Assembly (NCBI RefSeq): GCF_009914755.1
Contig: NC_060925.1
Reading direction: 5' to 3' (one strand)
DNA length: 64,000 bases
Source of the DNA: the human T2T-CHM13v2.0 reference genome, Homo sapiens
Shown here: positions 40,049-54,620 of the stretch, one piece after another
Layout of the letters: every line of letters starts with the position of its first letter
How positions within the stretch are numbered: position 1 is the stretch's first letter
The notes under the pieces: generated by a model
What the model was told of the DNA's origin: nothing
Databases searched by the model: none
The model's input: only the letters and a program-made list of their open reading frames with translations
Made by a program: the position numbers and the translations under genes

Positions 40049-40899
40049 GGATCCCCGCAGACGAGGTAGGCATCAAAGTCACATGAGAACCCCGGAAAAC
40101 TGGCTGAGGTATTTATAGAAGCAGTGGCTGGTGCCTTTATGGAAATGGGTCTATATTTGACTCTGGTACTGAAACCTCCATGCTGTCCCTGGGGCAAGGC
40201 AGGTTTTGCATCTGATTCTCTCTCCTCATGCCTGGTGGGGCAAACATTCCCCTCCCCTTCTTGTTGTCTCCTGGCAGAACCCCCCCACCCCTACTCCCAG
40301 CTGATGCCGGTCCTGCCAGAGCTGACTCCCCTATTCTGTTTACATTGAACGATGCTTCCTTCCAGGCTGGAGTTTGGGGCCCCAGGATGCTGGGTGTGTT
40401 GGGAATTTGGGACCCCTTCTTCACCCTTTTCCCCATGTACAAACTGGAGGAATGTCCTTGCTGCTCTCTAAATATTAGAGGGATACTGCTTTCCTCAAAG
40501 ACTTTGCCACTTGTTTCTTCCTTAAGAGTTTGGAGGTTGCTGGTAAAGGGAGGGAGGATATTTCTGAGTCCAAGCCACAGAAAGGTTCAGCCACCTCTGC
40601 CCTTCATGGGTATGATAGTCGTGTTCCAGAAAAGCGAGCCAGCAGGAACTGTTGTTTTTGAGCACTCACTTTATAAGTTATCTCATGTAATTCGCACCAC
40701 ATCCTATAACATACTGCTTTTATCCCCATTTTACAGATGAGGACGAGGACGCTCAGAGTCCGTGTGAGAACCTGGGTCATCCAATCCTAAAGTCCATGCT
40801 CTTCCCAAGGTGCCCGGCCATGGAGTGTGGCAGACAGTGTGCTCAAAAGGAGGAGGCAGGAGGGAAGGCTGGTGCTGAGGACAGAGCCGAAGAAAGGGC

Positions 40900-43620
40900 A
40901 GTCTAGAGGAGCAGGGAGAAATGCATTTTGTTATTTTAATGAACAGGTAACACATGCACACAGTCAAGAAAAAGAAATCAAACAAAATTAAAATAAGTCC
41001 AATACTAAGTTTCCCTTCTCAGCGTCGTCTAGTGTCCGGTCCGCCTCTGCAGAGGAAGTCACTGTGGCTGGTTTCAGATATTCTCCTTCTAGAGATCTCA
41101 TGTGCATATAGGAGCAGACATGGATGTACTGAATATATATGGTACAGACATATGGCATGAAATTCAAAAGGCGGATGATGAAAAGTAAATCTTTCTCCCA
41201 TGCCTGCCCCCACTCGTGTAGTTCTTCACCCTAGAGGCAAGCGCTATTATGTTTCTTACGTACCATTCCAGAAGTATTCAATGCCTCTATAAGTACATGT
41301 TTCATATACAAATGGCCATACCCGCTCTACACTATTCTGCCTTTTTTTTTTTCACGTAACAATGTGTCTTGGAGATGTTTCCAGATCAGAACCTATAGGG
41401 CAGACCTGTTCACTTTAATGGTTGCAAAGAATTTCATTGCTGGAGGTACCATAAATTATTTAAATGGTTTCTTGTTGATAGACATCTAATTGTTTCCTTT
41501 TTTTTTTATTACAAACACTGCTACAAGGGGTATCTTTAAACGAATCTCTTTAAACAAACACATGTGCAAAATGAGTATGTGACTTCATAATCTTGATAGA
41601 TATGGCCAAATTGTCAATGGGTATGTGCCTTTATAATTTTAATAAATATGGCCTAATTATCTTCCACAGAGATTGTATAATTTAACTCTTCTCTCATTAG
41701 GAACATGTGTGTTATTAACTTTTTGTCATTTGTTTTAGTTATTTGCCAATATAATAGGTAAAATGGAATCTCATTATTTTTCAATTTGCGTTTCTCTGAT
41801 TATGAATGAAATTAAACATCTTTTTACATGTGCAAGGGCCTTTATATTTCATTTTCTATGAGATTTCTATTCAGATCCTTTTCTATCTTTTTCTTACTGA
41901 TTTTCAGGAGGTTTTTGCTCATCAAAGAAACCTGTCCCCCTTCTTTAACAATCACTCAATGAATATTTCTGAACACCTACTATGTGTCAGGACTGTTCTA
42001 GGCGCTGGTGATACGGCTTTCATCTAGTTTGCTTTCATCTTCAAACAAATGAACAGGAAAGTGAGTGGAATGCCAGATGGTGATACGTGATTTCAAGAGC
42101 AATAAAGCAGGATGAGGCAAAGGGAAAACCAGTGATGATGTCATATTTAGAGAGGTCTCACCACCCATTTCACCCAACATGATAACAATTTTTTCTGTGT
42201 TTTCTTTTTCCATAGTATTTTTATGATTTTTAAAAGAATAATTGGACTTTGCAAAAAACAAACTTTTTTGACACAATTGTACATATTTATGAGGTACATA
42301 GTGATGTTGTAATACATATAATGTATAGTGATCAGATCAGAGTAATTAGCATATCCATGATCTCAAACACTTATTATTTCTTTGTATTGGGAACATTCAA
42401 TATCTTTCTTATAGCTATTTGAAATCATATAATATATTATTGTTAACTGTAGCTGTAACTGTAGTGCTATAGACACTAGAGCTTATTTCTCCTATCTAGC
42501 TCCTATCCCTCCCTTCTCTCTACCCTTCCCAGCCTCTGGTATCCCCTTTTGCAAAGAACAAACTTCTGACTTTGGTAATCCTTTCTATTGTATGTTTGCT
42601 TTCCTATTTGATTAATTTCTACATTCCCTCCTTCTATTTCCTTTGGGTCTATTTTGTAGTTCTTTCCCTGCATTTTTGAGATGGTTGCTTGGTTCATTGA
42701 TTTCAACGTTTCTTCTTTTCTATCTATTTAAAGCTATAAATATCCCTCTATATACTGCTTTTGATGCATCCCTGTGGCTTAATTTTTTTCTTTTATCAAT
42801 ATTGATACATCTACAATTTATTTTGGTATGAAGAGTAAGGTAAGGAGTCAGACTTACTCTTTTCAAATGACCAAATCAATATCATTGATTAAAAATCCAT
42901 CTTCTGCTCATTTAAAATATAACCTTTATCATGTTCTAAATGACTGTATCTGAGTTTACTTCTGGACTGTGTGTTCTGCCTCATGTATTTCTCATAACTA
43001 AGTCCACATTAATTTATTTTTATTTACTTATTTATTTATTTCTGAGACGGGGTCTCACTCTGTCACCCAGGTTGGAGTGCAGTGGTGCCATCTCTGAGTC
43101 CACACTAATTTAAACTTGCAGCTTTGTAATGTGTTTCACCCTCTGGTAGGCTAATTCCTCACCTGACACCCACTAATTCTCCCTTTCCTAATTCCACTGC
43201 TTTTTCTTTGTTTCTTTTTCTATATGAGTGTTAGTTTAACTAGCTTGTTTAGTTAAAAAGAAGAAAAGCTTTTGTTATTTTCACTGGGGTCATTTTAGAA
43301 TTATGGATTAATTCAGAGAGAATTAACATGTTTCTTCTGTTTTGTCTCCCACTCTGAGGACATATAATTTCTTTTCCTATGTTCACACCTTCTTTTGGAT
43401 CTCTGAGTAGCATTCGGAAGCTTTCTTCACATAGACTTTCTAGAAACCTTTTAAAGTTTATTCCTAAGTATTTTTCTTTTTTGTTGTTGTTGCTATTGTA
43501 ACTGAACCATTTTTTATATCTTCTTACTACTGGCTGTTGTATATCTGAAGGTGTAGATATTTAATAGGTTAATTTTGTATCCAACCATGTTACTGAATTA
43601 TCTTGTATAAGTTTTTTAGT
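40900..43620 (-). mobile_element. Composite old L1 (L1ME/L1M) block with a younger L1MA 3' piece (~42260-42545) and an L2 piece (~41945-42160)
   Basis: AT-rich degenerate L1 3'-UTR and ORF2 sequence. aattgtacatatttatgaggtacatagtgatg...gggaacattcaa is typical of an L1MA 3' end. Confidence 0.6.
43017..43096 (-). mobile_element. Severely 5'-truncated Alu with 16-bp TSD
   Basis: (ttta)n tail plus gagacggggtctcactctgtcacccagg...gtggtgccatctc, between agtccacattaattta and agtccacactaattta. Confidence 0.88.
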
Positions 43621-43634
43621 TGTAAATTATTTTT

Positions 43635-43969
<335 letters not shown>

Positions 43970-44255
43970 TAAGGGAAGAATGCACATTATATTTAAAACC
44001 CCCAGGGTAAATGGCTATTTAAGGATTCGATGAGCTAATAAAGGTAAGTTGCTTAGAGTAGTGCCTGGCACATCTTCTGAGCTATCGCTAATAGCAACAG
44101 TGATAATATTGCCTTGACTGTACAGAGTTTCATCTCATTTAATCTTTACAATGACCCCCATGAGGTTAGAGGACAGATTTTACTTCCATTTTCCAAATAA
44201 AGATTCTGAAGGTCACATTCTTTTGACATAGTGATATGTCAAAAGTCACCTGTTA

Positions 44256-44729
<474 letters not shown>

Positions 44730-47401
44730 TTAGCTGGGGGCACGCCTGCCCTGCTCGATAAGGATTCTATAGAGTCAGATTCTCTAGGGGCAATATGCGG
44801 TGCCTCTGAGCTCCAACAAGCCAAAGAGGCACGCTGCCTTTGGAGTTTGGGCAAGGGGGCCTGACCTCTACTTGCGTGTGCCTCTTGGTCCTGTGAAGAG
44901 TTGTCCAGTTGTCCCCTTCATCATGGGGCATGGTGGTTCCGAGGCTCCTCTGAGTCATGATGGAGGAAGGTGAGGTGGTGGGCATGGGAAAGGATTTGGA
45001 GGCACTTCCTCTTGGCCTCCAGGGCCTCTGACCCCTCTCTGCCCCTCTCTGCCCCTCTCTCTCCTCACATTCTGCCCCATTTCTCCTCCACCTCCCCCAA
45101 CCCTGCTCGCCACTGGGGTTTGTTAGTGTCAGGAATCCTCCTCAGGCCCTGCAGGGAGGCTTCCATTTTACAGTCTGAATGAAGAACTTTCTAGAAGTTC
45201 CTGTGAGGTGGAACCTGGGAATAGAAATTGAGGTCTCCTCTGAGGGAGTAGGGATGCTTCAGAAGGGTTCTGAAGTTTCTACCTCCCATTTAAGCCTAGA
45301 TAGAAAGTCATCCCCACAATGTCACTATCATGCTCTAAAGCTCTCAGTGGCTCCCTATTATCCTCTGACGTAAGTAGAGGCTTTCCACCATGACATGTCA
45401 GGCCTCCACATTAGAGAATCAAGATCACCTTCCAGCTTTAGTTTCCACTAGTTCCCTAAGTCCACAGCTTCTAAATGGCACACCTGGATCCAGACCCAGG
45501 TCTGTGAGATCGGGGACATGCTGATCTTCATGAGCTAATCCCTGCTTGTTCTCTGTTTCTTTACAGTGGTTTCCTAGCTCCGATAGGAAGCTAGATGGAC
45601 TTGTTTAATCATTTTTTGTCTGAAAAATGTAATTCTATTAATGCATCTCAAATTTAAGTTTACTGTTTTAGTGGCTGTTTTACATTGTTGCCTCATTTTT
45701 CTTTAGCTTGGAATAAACTAAAACTCTAGGTAGTTTTCATATAAACTCTGATGGAATTGAGAGATGTATATGGAGAGAGAGAGAGAGTATCAATTTTATT
45801 TCTTTCTTCAAAGCAACATAACAAAGTCCCTTTGTCACTGCTTTAGGAAACATCAGGAAACATCTCTTATATCTGAATGAAGTTTGTCACTGTCTCCTTT
45901 CCTCTGGGGCTGCTTTGGGGCTCTTATTAGGCCCTGGTCCCTACAGAGGAAAGTTGTTTAGCTCCTTGACATCTTCCAAGTTGTCCTTGGCTGACTGTAA
46001 AACCTTTCCTCTGGATTCTGCCAGGAGCTGGCTGAACTTAGCACAGTACCTGACGGACAGTAGATTTCCCCCAAATATGACTTGCTGGACTTGAAACCCA
46101 GACCACTGCCTGCAGACAGGAGCAGGTGGGCATGGAGATGTGGGAAGGGCTGCCACATCCAAGCTTGGCACCAGGTGGGCCACGGGAGAAGGGGCAGCTG
46201 CCCACTCTCTCCTGAGTCTGCCCGAGGAAGTCCCTGTCCCCTTTCAGATTTTCACTGCTCCCCGCTCAACACATGGCTCATGTTGGGACAGGTGACCTTC
46301 TGGACAGCCTGGCTTGCAATGCAGAGCTCCCTCTGTGGGATCAAAGTTCTGTTCCATCCACACAGGATCCCTGGATGAAGAGCTGTGACCTGAAGCATCC
46401 CTCCCCGCCGCCCCCCGCCTTCCAAGCTCCTGATCCCGCCCCTCACAATGTTGTCATCTTCATCATCATCATCACAGCAGCAGCAGTTTACATATATTGA
46501 GTCCTCGCAGTGTGCCAGGCTGCTGTTATAAACGTGTTGCTTGGAAAAATCTCATTTATTACTCAACACCCTGTGAGGGAGGGAACTGTTATTATCTCCA
46601 TTCCACAGGTGAGGATATGCAGGCCCTGAGACATCCCAAGCTGGTAATAATGGGGTGAGACGATGAACGCTGGCACCTCCACTCCTGAGCCGAGTTTTTA
46701 ACCACATCCTCAGTGTGCTGTCTTACCATGCTGCCCCCTCGTCCCTGCCTCTGAGAGCTGAAGCTTCATGTCTCCTCATTTTCCAACCCAGGATGGCAAA
46801 TGTGCTTCATTTCTTCTGCTGACTCCAACTGATTGGTGATGTAATGAGGCCAAGTAGGGTCTCAATGGGAAATCAAACCAAAATGTATTAGGGATGGTGG
46901 CCATGGGCAAGGAAAGGGAATGAAGGAAACTGAAGTGTCATGGATGTGGGTTAGCCCTGTAGAAGCATGGAGCTCATGTTCCAGGTCCCAGTTTCTACTT
47001 CCCCCAGGGAATGACACTGGCATTTGCCTCTTCCTTCAGGTAGAATGCCACCTACCCACACGGATCAGCTTTCTTCTCAGAGGCCACAAGAGGATAACCA
47101 TATCTCAAGGCACCACACAGCCGAGCATTCATTCTACAGATACATTTATACGGTAACGATGGTGGCTGGGGACTTTCTTATCAGCTGTGTTTGAGATTTT
47201 GAATGCTAATTTGGTGAGGTTTACTCATCCTCTTTGCTGATCTAACACAATCTAGGAGGATGGGGTTCTTATGATGGCTATGGGAAGAGGCCCCTCTTAC
47301 TGCTTACTGGGTGAGGGAAATCTCAAAGGTGTGGAGGAGCAGGTGGATAAGTGGTCCCCGGTCATCTTGCTACTTCCACACTTATTCAATGATTACATGG
47401 C

Positions 47402-47922
47402 TGTTCTGGTTATTTATTGCTGCATAACAACTCGTCCTACAGTGTAGTGGCTTAAAACAACAGTCATTTTTTCTCCCTTGTGGTTTCTGTGGGTCAGGCG
47501 TTTAGGAAGGACTGAGGGGCAGTGGTTCTGCTTCATGCAGTGTCAGCTGTGAGGCTTGGCTGGAGGCTGGAGGAGCTGCTTCCAAGATAACTCACTCACA
47601 TGGCTGGCAGGTTGGGGATGGTTGTAGGTCAGGAGCTCAGCCAGGGCTGTGGGCTGAGGGCCTCAGTTTCTCTCCCATGGGCCTCTCCATAGGCTGCTTG
47701 GGCTTCCTCACAGAATGGTAGGTGGATTCCAAGAGCAAGCATACCAAGACAGAGATAATGGAAGCTACTGTGTTCTTATGGTCTGTGTCCAGAAACAAAC
47801 ATGATATTAATTATCTTGTTTACATAGTCTCAGAGCATAGATTCAAAGGGAGGGAATATAGACTTCACTTCTTGAAGACAGCATTGTCAAAGAATTTTGA
47901 GGCCATGTTTTAAAACACACAC
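47402..47922 (-). mobile_element. MLT1G/H-like MaLR LTR
   Basis: tgttctggttatttattgctgcataacaa...gtggcttaaaacaac...ctcactcacatggctggcag...cttgggcttcctcacag...gattcaaagggaggg. Confidence 0.75.
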
Positions 47923-49244
47923 AGTGAGGAAACTCTAATAATTGTGCCACCAAGAACAAAGGAGAGGGTGTATCTCAGCAGCTGTATGTTTAAGACACTC
48001 AGAAACACAAACACGACTTAGGTGAATTGCAATTTGGGTTGTTTCCATGTCCTGGGAAAAGGCCAATATGTTCTCCTACATCTTCCTACTTAACATATTT
48101 GGGAATAGTATCTTTGAGGCTATGTAGCAGGAGATGAACATTAGGAACATCACTTCAATGCCTTTCTTTTCAGGAAAGCAGGCTTGAGTGGATGGGGGAT
48201 AGCTGGGAAGGAAAGGTTAGCCAGTACACGTGTCTCCTCTTTCAAGGAGGACTAGTGCTGGGATGAGTGGATTAGGTCATCGTGTTGGATCCACCATGTT
48301 TGACAGGGTTGCCCAGTGTGTAAGCTTTGACTGAGCACCTACTGTATGTAAGTCACTGTGCTGGGGCTGTACGGCATGAAGCTATGAAGAAGAAAAGATC
48401 CCTCCCCTGTAAGGAATCACACTCTAATTTGAGAGGAAGGCATAGACACATGAAGGCAGACTTATGTTATAAAGCCCTAAAGGTCGGGATTGAGAACAAG
48501 GACTTTAGACCCAGGATGCATCTCACTGTATGGCTTGGACAGATTATTTAACCACACTAAGCCTTGATTTTCCCTTTAGTGAAATGGGAATTTGAATAAT
48601 ACTGACCTTATAATATTACACTGTATAAGTTTATGTATTTCCATATGCCATAGAAAAGGAAGAATTTGTTTTCTAGATGCTCAGAGGAGAGTTGGCCACT
48701 GACAGCTGGAGTGTTCAGGAAGATTTCATGGTGGAGGCCTTTCTTCCCATTTCCATCTCAGCCCCTTCCTGTGGCTTCAGGCCCACCTCCCCATGAGTGC
48801 TGTCATCGAGGACACCTCTCAGGCTTCATCTTTTTAACTTTGCTGCAGATTTCAACACTGTGAACTACCTTTCCTTCTTACAATTCTCTTTCTTTTGTGA
48901 TACATGTCATCTTCTCAGCTCTTGACTCTTCTCTGTCTTCTTTCCTGCCCCTCCTGCTCCTCAGAAATAAGCATGTCCTGCCAAGCCTCTATCCTCATGA
49001 CCATCTTCTGTGTGCTTCCTCAAGAGAGTCTCGCCTTCCCCCAAACCCTTTATGGTTATGACTTCCAAGTGTGTGTCTCCTGCCCTCTTTCCTGGACTTT
49101 CTACTCATATTTCTAACCACACCTTAGGTATTCTTTCATCAACTATTTTTTTTCACATTGTTTTTCTTTTTATTTAAACAAGGTTGAACTTACAAATCAA
49201 AGCAATATGGGAGTGATTTTAGACTAGCAATATTATTTTTAGTT

Positions 49245-51140
49245 ATTCAGATTTCATCAACTATTTATGGACAGTCTACTGTGTGTTAAAGTTGGGCATG
49301 GCCTCTGTCCTGTGGAGCTTCCACATCAACCAAGGAGACTGTCCCTAAGCAACCAGTCATGCCCTCAGTACTTAATTACAATTGTGACAAGGGCTAAAAA
49401 GGAGAAGAAAAGTCCAGCTGGGAGGTTGACCCAGTTCTTCTCCATGGTCAGGAGAGGGTCCAGTTCATGGTGAACTCTGTTGGACGAGTGGGCAGGCAGT
49501 GAGGGAAGAGAACAAGGGGGACTGAGCAGATCCCTGTCAGGGCTTATGGGCTAAAGTCTGAGTCAGGAAGGAGTGGGGGGGGTAGGAAGAGCTGAAAGAA
49601 GGGTGGTGTATTACAGGGAAGTCCATGGGGGGAAGGGTGTGAGATGAGGCTGGAGACAGGGAAGGTCCCTGAAAGACATGCTAAAGATGTGGGTGCAACT
49701 CTGCAAGCTTAAAAAGGTTGTGATTATATTTGTACTTCTAAAAGATCACTCTTGCTGCTATGTGGAGAGAAGGGAGTAAGACTGGAGTTAGTGTCAAGAG
49801 GGGACTGTGAGTCCAGGTGAGTGATTATTATAGTTTGGAATAGGCAGTTGGGGGCGGGAGGTGGTGGCAGCAGAATTAAAGAGAAACGACCAGATCCCAG
49901 AGGTATGTAGCAACTAAGATCTCCAGGATTTACTGATAGATTTTATGAAAGGGGAAGTCTCAAGGGTGATTATTGGGGTTTTGGCTGGCTCAACTATTCA
50001 CAGAGCCAGGGAGCACAGGAGGAGAAGCAAGAAGCCAACTGCTGAATGTTCTGCAGGGTAGATCTTTGAATGTTGAGTTCATTTCTTCAACATGTGTAGC
50101 TCTGTGGAGCCAAGTGGAAAGGTGGAGTTGGAGGGTGAATATGTGGAGCTCAGAAGACTGTCTGGAATGGAGACAGACATGCAGAAGTCATCAGTGTAGG
50201 AGATGGTCTAGGAAGGGTACAGAGTGAGAAGAGGGTTTGGCTGCGAGACGTCCAACACTTAAAGATCAGCAACGGAAACTGAGGGGTGAGCAGAAGGCTA
50301 GGAGGAAAACCTGGGAGCGCAGAATTCCAGAAGGGGAGGGAAGAGAGTGTCAGAAGGAAGGAGAGGGCACCCACAATAAGCATTACAGAAAGGTCAGTAA
50401 GATGAGGACTGGAAGATGTCCTGTGGATTTAGTGACACAGAAGTCACTGGTGACCTTAGTGAGACCCTTCTTGGCAGCATGATGGGGCAGAAGTGTGTTA
50501 AGGAGTGTGTAGGGGTGAGGAAATGGAGGCAGAAAATGAAGAAATGAGGGATGAGAGCCTAGTGACATTTTTTTTTGAGATGGACTCTAGTGACATTTTA
50601 AAGGAAGATATTTGCATATGCTCTCGAGCTGCTAAAAAGCATCCAGAGAAAGGGAAAGTTAATGAGACAGACAGGAGAGACTGGATTAACTAATGGGTAG
50701 CTGAGGTTCTCAAGAAGGTGTGGGGCCATGGGACCCAGGGGACAGGTGGAGGCTGGTCTACAGAGGAGAGACTCTCCCTACCATATCCAGGGAAGAGGGA
50801 GAAGAGGGTATGTGCAGATGGAAACGGTTTAATTCTCGTTGGAAAACCGAGGGGTCTTCCAAATGAAGTAAGGCAGTTCCTGAGACAGCAGGGAAGTATG
50901 ACGTGGGGGGAAAGTAGGATGAGTGTTTGGGGAGAGTTCTGGTTGGAATGGCCTTGATCAGAGTGGGGAAGTAAGTTGACCAGAGAATTACAGGGAAGTC
51001 CTTAGGAAGTGTGAGGAGCCCACTTGAAGTTGGTGGCCATGAAGGCAGACAGAGACTGGTCTGTGGTGTGTTTCTGTCTAGAGAACTTGGCACAAAGAAA
51101 CCAGGTATTAAGTTCATTCAAGGGTGGGGTTTCACTGGGT
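49245..51140 (-). mobile_element. Long L2 fragment
   Basis: Purine-rich degenerate L2 with aaagatcactcttgctgc and ggatttagtgacacagaagtcactggtgaccttag. Confidence 0.65.
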
Positions 51141-51373
51141 AGATGTGATAAAAGGCAGTGAGGCAAGGGCATCTTCTAGTTGTCACCTTGATATCCCACA
51201 GACATGTCATTTTCAATATGTCCCAAATCCATTATCTCTTTACCTTCTTCCCCAAATCTGCTCCTCTTTCTAAATTCCCCATCTTGGTTAATAACAATAC
51301 AATCACCTAGTAATACCCCTAATAACAGTTATTTATTAAGAACATGTTATCAGATATGATAACAGATATTTTA

Positions 51374-51492
51374 CTATTTTTTTTTTTTTAGAGAAGAGCA
51401 CTTGCTATGTTGCCCACGCTGGGCTTAAGCAATTCTCCCAACTTGGCCTCCCAAAGTGCTGGGATTGCAGCTGTGAGCCACCGTGCCTGGCC
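51374..51492 (-). mobile_element. Alu monomer (FLAM-like, internally deleted)
   Basis: T tail, cttggcctcccaaagtgctgggatt...gagccaccgtgcctggcc. TSD ataacagatatttta at 51359 and 51494. Confidence 0.88.
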
Positions 51493-51975
51493 AATAACAG
51501 ATATTTTAGAACAATCATCTCATGATCATCATAACAACCTTATGAGGTATGTACCATTCATTTTACAGACACGGAAACAGAAGTTCAGAGAGGTTGTGTC
51601 ACTAGCTCAAGGTCTCTAGTAAATGGCAGTCAGGATGAAAACTTAGATCTATGAGGCTCCAAAGTCCTTCCCCTTTCCATGACCACACCACCTGTAAGTT
51701 CTCTTGCCTTAATACTGCCTATCTCTGATAGGTTCCTTCCTCCCACCTCCCATACCACGTCAATTGTCACATTCTATTTGTTCATCTCTGTCCTGTCTCT
51801 TGCTACTTCCTGCCATGCCACTCCACCCCATCTGCTTCCCTGGTTGCTTCCACCAGAATGTAAACCCTATAAGGGCAGAGATTATTATCTGTCTCATTTT
51901 TTGCTGTCTCCTTAGGGCCTGGAACAGTGTAAAGTAACCATTAGGCTCACTAAATAATTGTTGAAAGAATTTTTC

Positions 51976-52446
51976 TATCAGGAGATAATTCTCTATGGGT
52001 TTATTGTGTTCCCACAAGTCTTGTGGGCAGAGGCACTGATGGCTTTTTTGTTCCCATTATCTTTTAGAGGATGGTTGCATAGCAAACAGCCTCCAACGAT
52101 AGCGTCTCCCTCTAGTGGAGAGCAGTTCTGTTTGCTGTCCAGTATAATAAAGATATGTCTAAGGCAAATGTCGGGCAAGTTTGCTTGCAGCGCATTATAA
52201 AAGATTGAGGTTTCCTAAGCTTGGAGTTTCTCAGTGTGTGTGGTCCAGTCTCATGTCCCACCCATAGGACTTCAGAGTTAAGGGAAGGTGATCTGAATGT
52301 GAAGCTCTTGCAGCCTGCTGTGCCATGAGTAATTAAAGTCCTTTGTGTCTGGCCCAGAGTTTCCTGTCTTCTGATGGCATCCATGAAACTGGCAGGGTAA
52401 CTTAGATTGTAAGTGTAAAATCTCAGACTCTTCAGAGTTCTTGACA
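51976..52446 (+). mobile_element. LTR41-like ERVL solo LTR carrying a CTCF-like motif
   Basis: gcagaggcactga...atagcaaacagcc...gtccagtataataaagat...gagtaattaaagtcctttg...catccatgaaactggcagg...aaaatctcagac..ttcagagttcttgaca. Family named from memory of the consensus. Confidence 0.6.
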
Positions 52447-53299
52447 ATGGCCCTTACCACCTTTCACTAAGACAACCTCCATCTCCCATTCCTCCCAAAC
52501 ACCTCCCTTGGATGCCAAAGGCCCCCTTAGTGTTCCCTAGAAGAGAGATAATTCATCCAGACTCTCATAACAGCCCCCCAAGGCCCTGGCAGGATGGCTC
52601 CTGCCTCCCTGTCTAACTTCACCTCTCATCATCCCCACCCCTGCTCCAGCTCAGGCAACCACCACCCCACCCCACGCATACGTTTCTACTCTCTTGCATC
52701 TATGCCCTTGCCATGCTGTCCACTCCACAGGGGTCATCCTTCTCCCCTTCTGACTGTCCATCCTTTAGGCCAGGATCTTCCAAGAGGCCTACTCAGAGAC
52801 CAGTCAGAATTTCCCTGTCACTGTCTCCCCACTTTACTCATCTTGTACGGTTCTCCAATCCTTTCGCTTTGTACTGTAAAGACCTGGGTCAACCCACACT
52901 GCCTCTCCAGGAGGTTCCCTCACGTCTGTGATCCTTTCAGCCTCTGCAGCCCCTGGCATACAGTAGGTGCTCAACAGATGAGTGATGTCCTAAGAGTTGA
53001 CCTGCACAGGGAACGGCCTTGCAGAATGGTAGGATGGAAGGACGGAGGAGTGGAAGGACATCTAGAGGAAAGGGAACAGAAGCACGGAGGTGGAAATGTC
53101 TAGGGCAGGGGAAATAACCACATGAATTGAGATTGAGTTCATTAAAGAAGGCCAAAAGAGGTGAGTCTGAAAAGAAGAAAGTGAGGCCCAGGGTCCAGGA
53201 GGGCTTTAACCATTGGGGCCCCATTCCTCTCCGAGGGCAGAAGCCCTGGCGAGGGCTCCAGGGTCTGCATCCCCTGACCAGGGGCCTCAAGAAGCTAAG

Positions 53300-54620
53300 C
53301 CCCCTTGCAACTCCCTCTCCCGCCCCACGCCCACCCTCTCCGCCTACGTCGGCCATCAGAGCCTCGCTCGCTGCCCGAGAGCCTCGCATTGACGCCGGCC
53401 CGCGCGTGAGTCAAGCCTGCGTCACGGCGCCCCGCCGCCAGGGTGGCCTTTCGGAAAGCGAGGGAACAGTGCGCGCAGCGCTCCGCCCAGCTCCGTTCTG
53501 CTCCGCAGAGCCGGCGCTGCCAGGGCGCAGGGAGGGCGGCACTCGGCCCCAGTCTTCGCAATCCCGCGCGCTCTCTCCGCCGTGGGACCTGGGTTCCCGC
53601 GCCGCTCCCCTGAGCCCCGAGCGCGCGGCGGGCGGGAGCCAGGTTGGGACTGGTGGTGAGGCAGGGAGTGAGGAGCGAGCGGAGTCGCGTGCGCCGGCGC
53701 GCAGCTCCGGGTCGCCCCAGCCCCAGCCGGGGGCCTGTGGCCCGGGGGAGGAGCTGTGCGTCCGCGACCCGTCGGGGACCGCAGCTGCTCGGCCGGAGTG
53801 CACGGGCCGAGTCTGCGCGACTACCCACGCGTGACAGGTGAGTCGCTGGCCGCGCCCCGCCTGGCTTTACCGGGCCGGCCACTGCAACTTTCCCTGTTCT
53901 GGCCCCGCCCCAGCCAGGGAGGGCTGAGGACCAAGGTGTGAGGCGGCGCTGCCCCCGCATCCGCCCGACCCTGCGCTCGTCCCGGGCTCCTCTCGCCGCT
54001 CCAGCCGCCGTTGCCTGGCGACGGAGCCCCGGGGCCCGCTCTCCTTCGCGCATCGGGGTCCCCAGCGGCGTACGCACGGGTTGGACACCGGGCTTCAGCT
54101 TCTGGTGCTCAGAAGGGCCCAAGAACTCCGGAGGAAATTGGGCTTAGCTGCGGAGGCAAGCGCCCGCGGAGAACCGGAGGGGGCCTGTCCGGCCCATCCG
54201 CGGCTTGAAACTGCGCGCCCAGGGCGCAGTTCCACTGGGAGCCTCTTACGCAGCTGGAGACCCCAGCCCCAGCCGCTCGGCCTCAGGCCTGTGACCTTGA
54301 CAGTAACATTGGCAAGCGAAGCAGAACTGTCACGCCCGAGATGAATATTTAATTCTCAGTCCTGGGGCTGGTCCTCGCTGGATTCGGAGCTAGCAGAGAG
54401 CCCTTCCTCCCTCGTGGGAAGCGCATCTGGGGAACGGAATGGCTGAGACAGGGGACGTGCGTGTGGTGCCCATCTGGAGGGGGCGCCGTCCTGGCCGGTC
54501 GAGAGGCCTCTGCTGCATTTATGCCTGTGTGCGCCGTGCTCTGAAGCGATGCTGGATGCTCGCAGTACTATGGGTGGGCCGCTCCCCAGGGGCGCGGCTG
54601 CCTTGGAAAGAAGCGTGATG
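53300..54620. promoter_or_regulatory. SLC6A17: CpG island promoter of SLC6A17
   Basis: Very high GC and CpG density, GC/KLF boxes, half-CREs (TGACG 53390, CGTCA 53420) and AP-1 TGAGTCA (53407-53413). Confidence 0.85.
53448..53837 (+). other. SLC6A17: Non-coding first exon of SLC6A17 (neuronal vesicular amino-acid transporter NTT4); 5' end approximate
   Basis: Lies in a dense CpG island and ends in the consensus donor CAG|GTGAGT (53835-53843). Gene identity comes from known 1p13.3 order (UBL4B then SLC6A17, both +), not from coding sequence. Confidence 0.75.

Noticed and set aside
53127-54344. Overlapping 130-275-aa ORFs on both strands
   Set aside because: Typical stop-poor CpG-island artefacts rich in R/A/P/G; none resembles the SLC6A17 N-terminus.
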